A stretch of DNA of 6,128 nucleotides from a virus. Shown here one piece after another: positions 5,799 to 6,128 of the stretch. The stretch covers positions 1-6,128 of IMG/VR virus record IMGVR_UViG_3300020040_000009, one strand, 5' to 3'. Both the position numbers and the translations under genes were made by a program. The notes below the pieces were generated by a model. That model was given only the letters and a program-made list of their open reading frames with translations, searched no databases and had not been told where the DNA came from. How positions within the stretch are numbered: the first letter of the stretch is position 1; the number at the start of each line of letters is the position of its first letter.

Positions 5799-5990
5799 CT
5801 ACAGATGAATTAAATTGTTAGAACGAATGATATAATCAACGCGAACTGTGTCGAGATGAACGCCACTACGTTGCATCCTAGCTTGAGCTGAACAGGAAGA
5901 GAGAAAAAAAGCAGCTAACGCGGCAACAATAGATGAAACGAGCGTCCAAAAAGCCTTTGATTTATAAAAAGGTTGTTTAGAGTCTGACAT
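5799..5990 (-). CDS. Small putative lipoprotein or membrane protein, 63 aa (signal peptide plus lipobox L-S-S-C, predicted mature peptide 31 aa)
   Basis: ATG at 5988-5990. The TAG stop (5799-5801) is separated by one base from the VP2 ATG (TAGTATG). The N-region is Lys-rich (KQPFYKSK), the hydrophobic core is AFWTLVSSIVAALAAFFL, and LSSC follows with Cys33 encoded by aca at 5892-5894. This fits the [LVI][ASTVI][GAS]C lipobox. Confidence 0.55.
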   Translation of the reverse strand: MSDSKQPFYKSKAFWTLVSSIVAALAAFFLSSCSAQARMQRSGVHLDTVRVDYIIRSNNLIHL

Positions 5991-6035
5991 GATATTGAAA
6001 ATTTAAAGGGAAGCTACGGTGCCGCACCCTCACTT

Positions 6036-6128
6036 CGTTCGGGGCGGTTCTCCGAACCGCGAAATGCGTCACCTCGCCACAATGGTGTAAACAATTGAAT
6101 AAAGAACGATAGAAAAATGCGCGGCCTC
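6036..6128. repeat. Terminal redundancy, copy 2 (identical to 1-93)
   Basis: Same as copy 1. The match starts at c6036 in ...ccctcactt|cgttcggggc and runs to the last base of the window. Confidence 0.93.

Noticed and set aside
1-6128. The 93-nt identical ends as biological terminal repeats (LTR/DTR, IS ends) or as a mobile-element boundary
   Set aside because: The repeats are direct and exact, truncated by the window edge, and flank a gene set that is a complete microvirus. There is no transposase or integrase. Assembly overlap of a circular genome is the simplest explanation.
1-6128. CRISPR arrays, rRNA/tRNA genes, and defence or toxin-antitoxin operons
   Set aside because: There are no spaced direct repeats beyond the terminal overlap, no conserved RNA gene signatures, and no ORFs with nuclease, ATPase or toxin motifs other than the HUH Rep.

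Overview
The window is one complete circular Microviridae (ssDNA microvirus) genome, reverse-complemented relative to its coding sense. Bases 1-93 are identical to bases 6036-6128, so the unit length is 6,035 nt and the repeat is most likely the overlap of a circular assembly. All credible genes are on the minus strand and tightly packed. In transcription order they are: a 63-aa putative lipoprotein (5990-5799), the VP2 pilot/minor capsid protein (5797-4538), an 80-nt AT-rich spacer, two orphan genes of 106 aa (4457-4137) and 107 aa (4129-3806), an intrinsic terminator (about 3760-3721), a GC-rich hairpin-dense non-coding region of about 237 nt (3805-3569), a 66-aa ORF (3568-3368), the VP4 rolling-circle replication initiator (3368-2298), the VP1 major capsid protein (2294-495), an acidic 98-aa protein (482-186), and a second intergenic region of about 230 nt that spans the circular junction. 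No start codon has a Shine-Dalgarno motif; all have A/T-rich leaders. Together with the roughly 6 kb size and 599-aa VP1, this fits a Bacteroidota-infecting, Alpavirinae-like microvirus, but that is inference only. I see no multi-gene defence-type system, CRISPR array, tRNA/rRNA or transposase. The parts not explained by the conserved VP1/VP2/VP4 core are the small lipoprotein ORF upstream of VP2, the two-gene orphan cassette, the structured intergenic region with a perfect three-way junction, and a few same-strand overprinted ORFs. Their functions are hypotheses to test.
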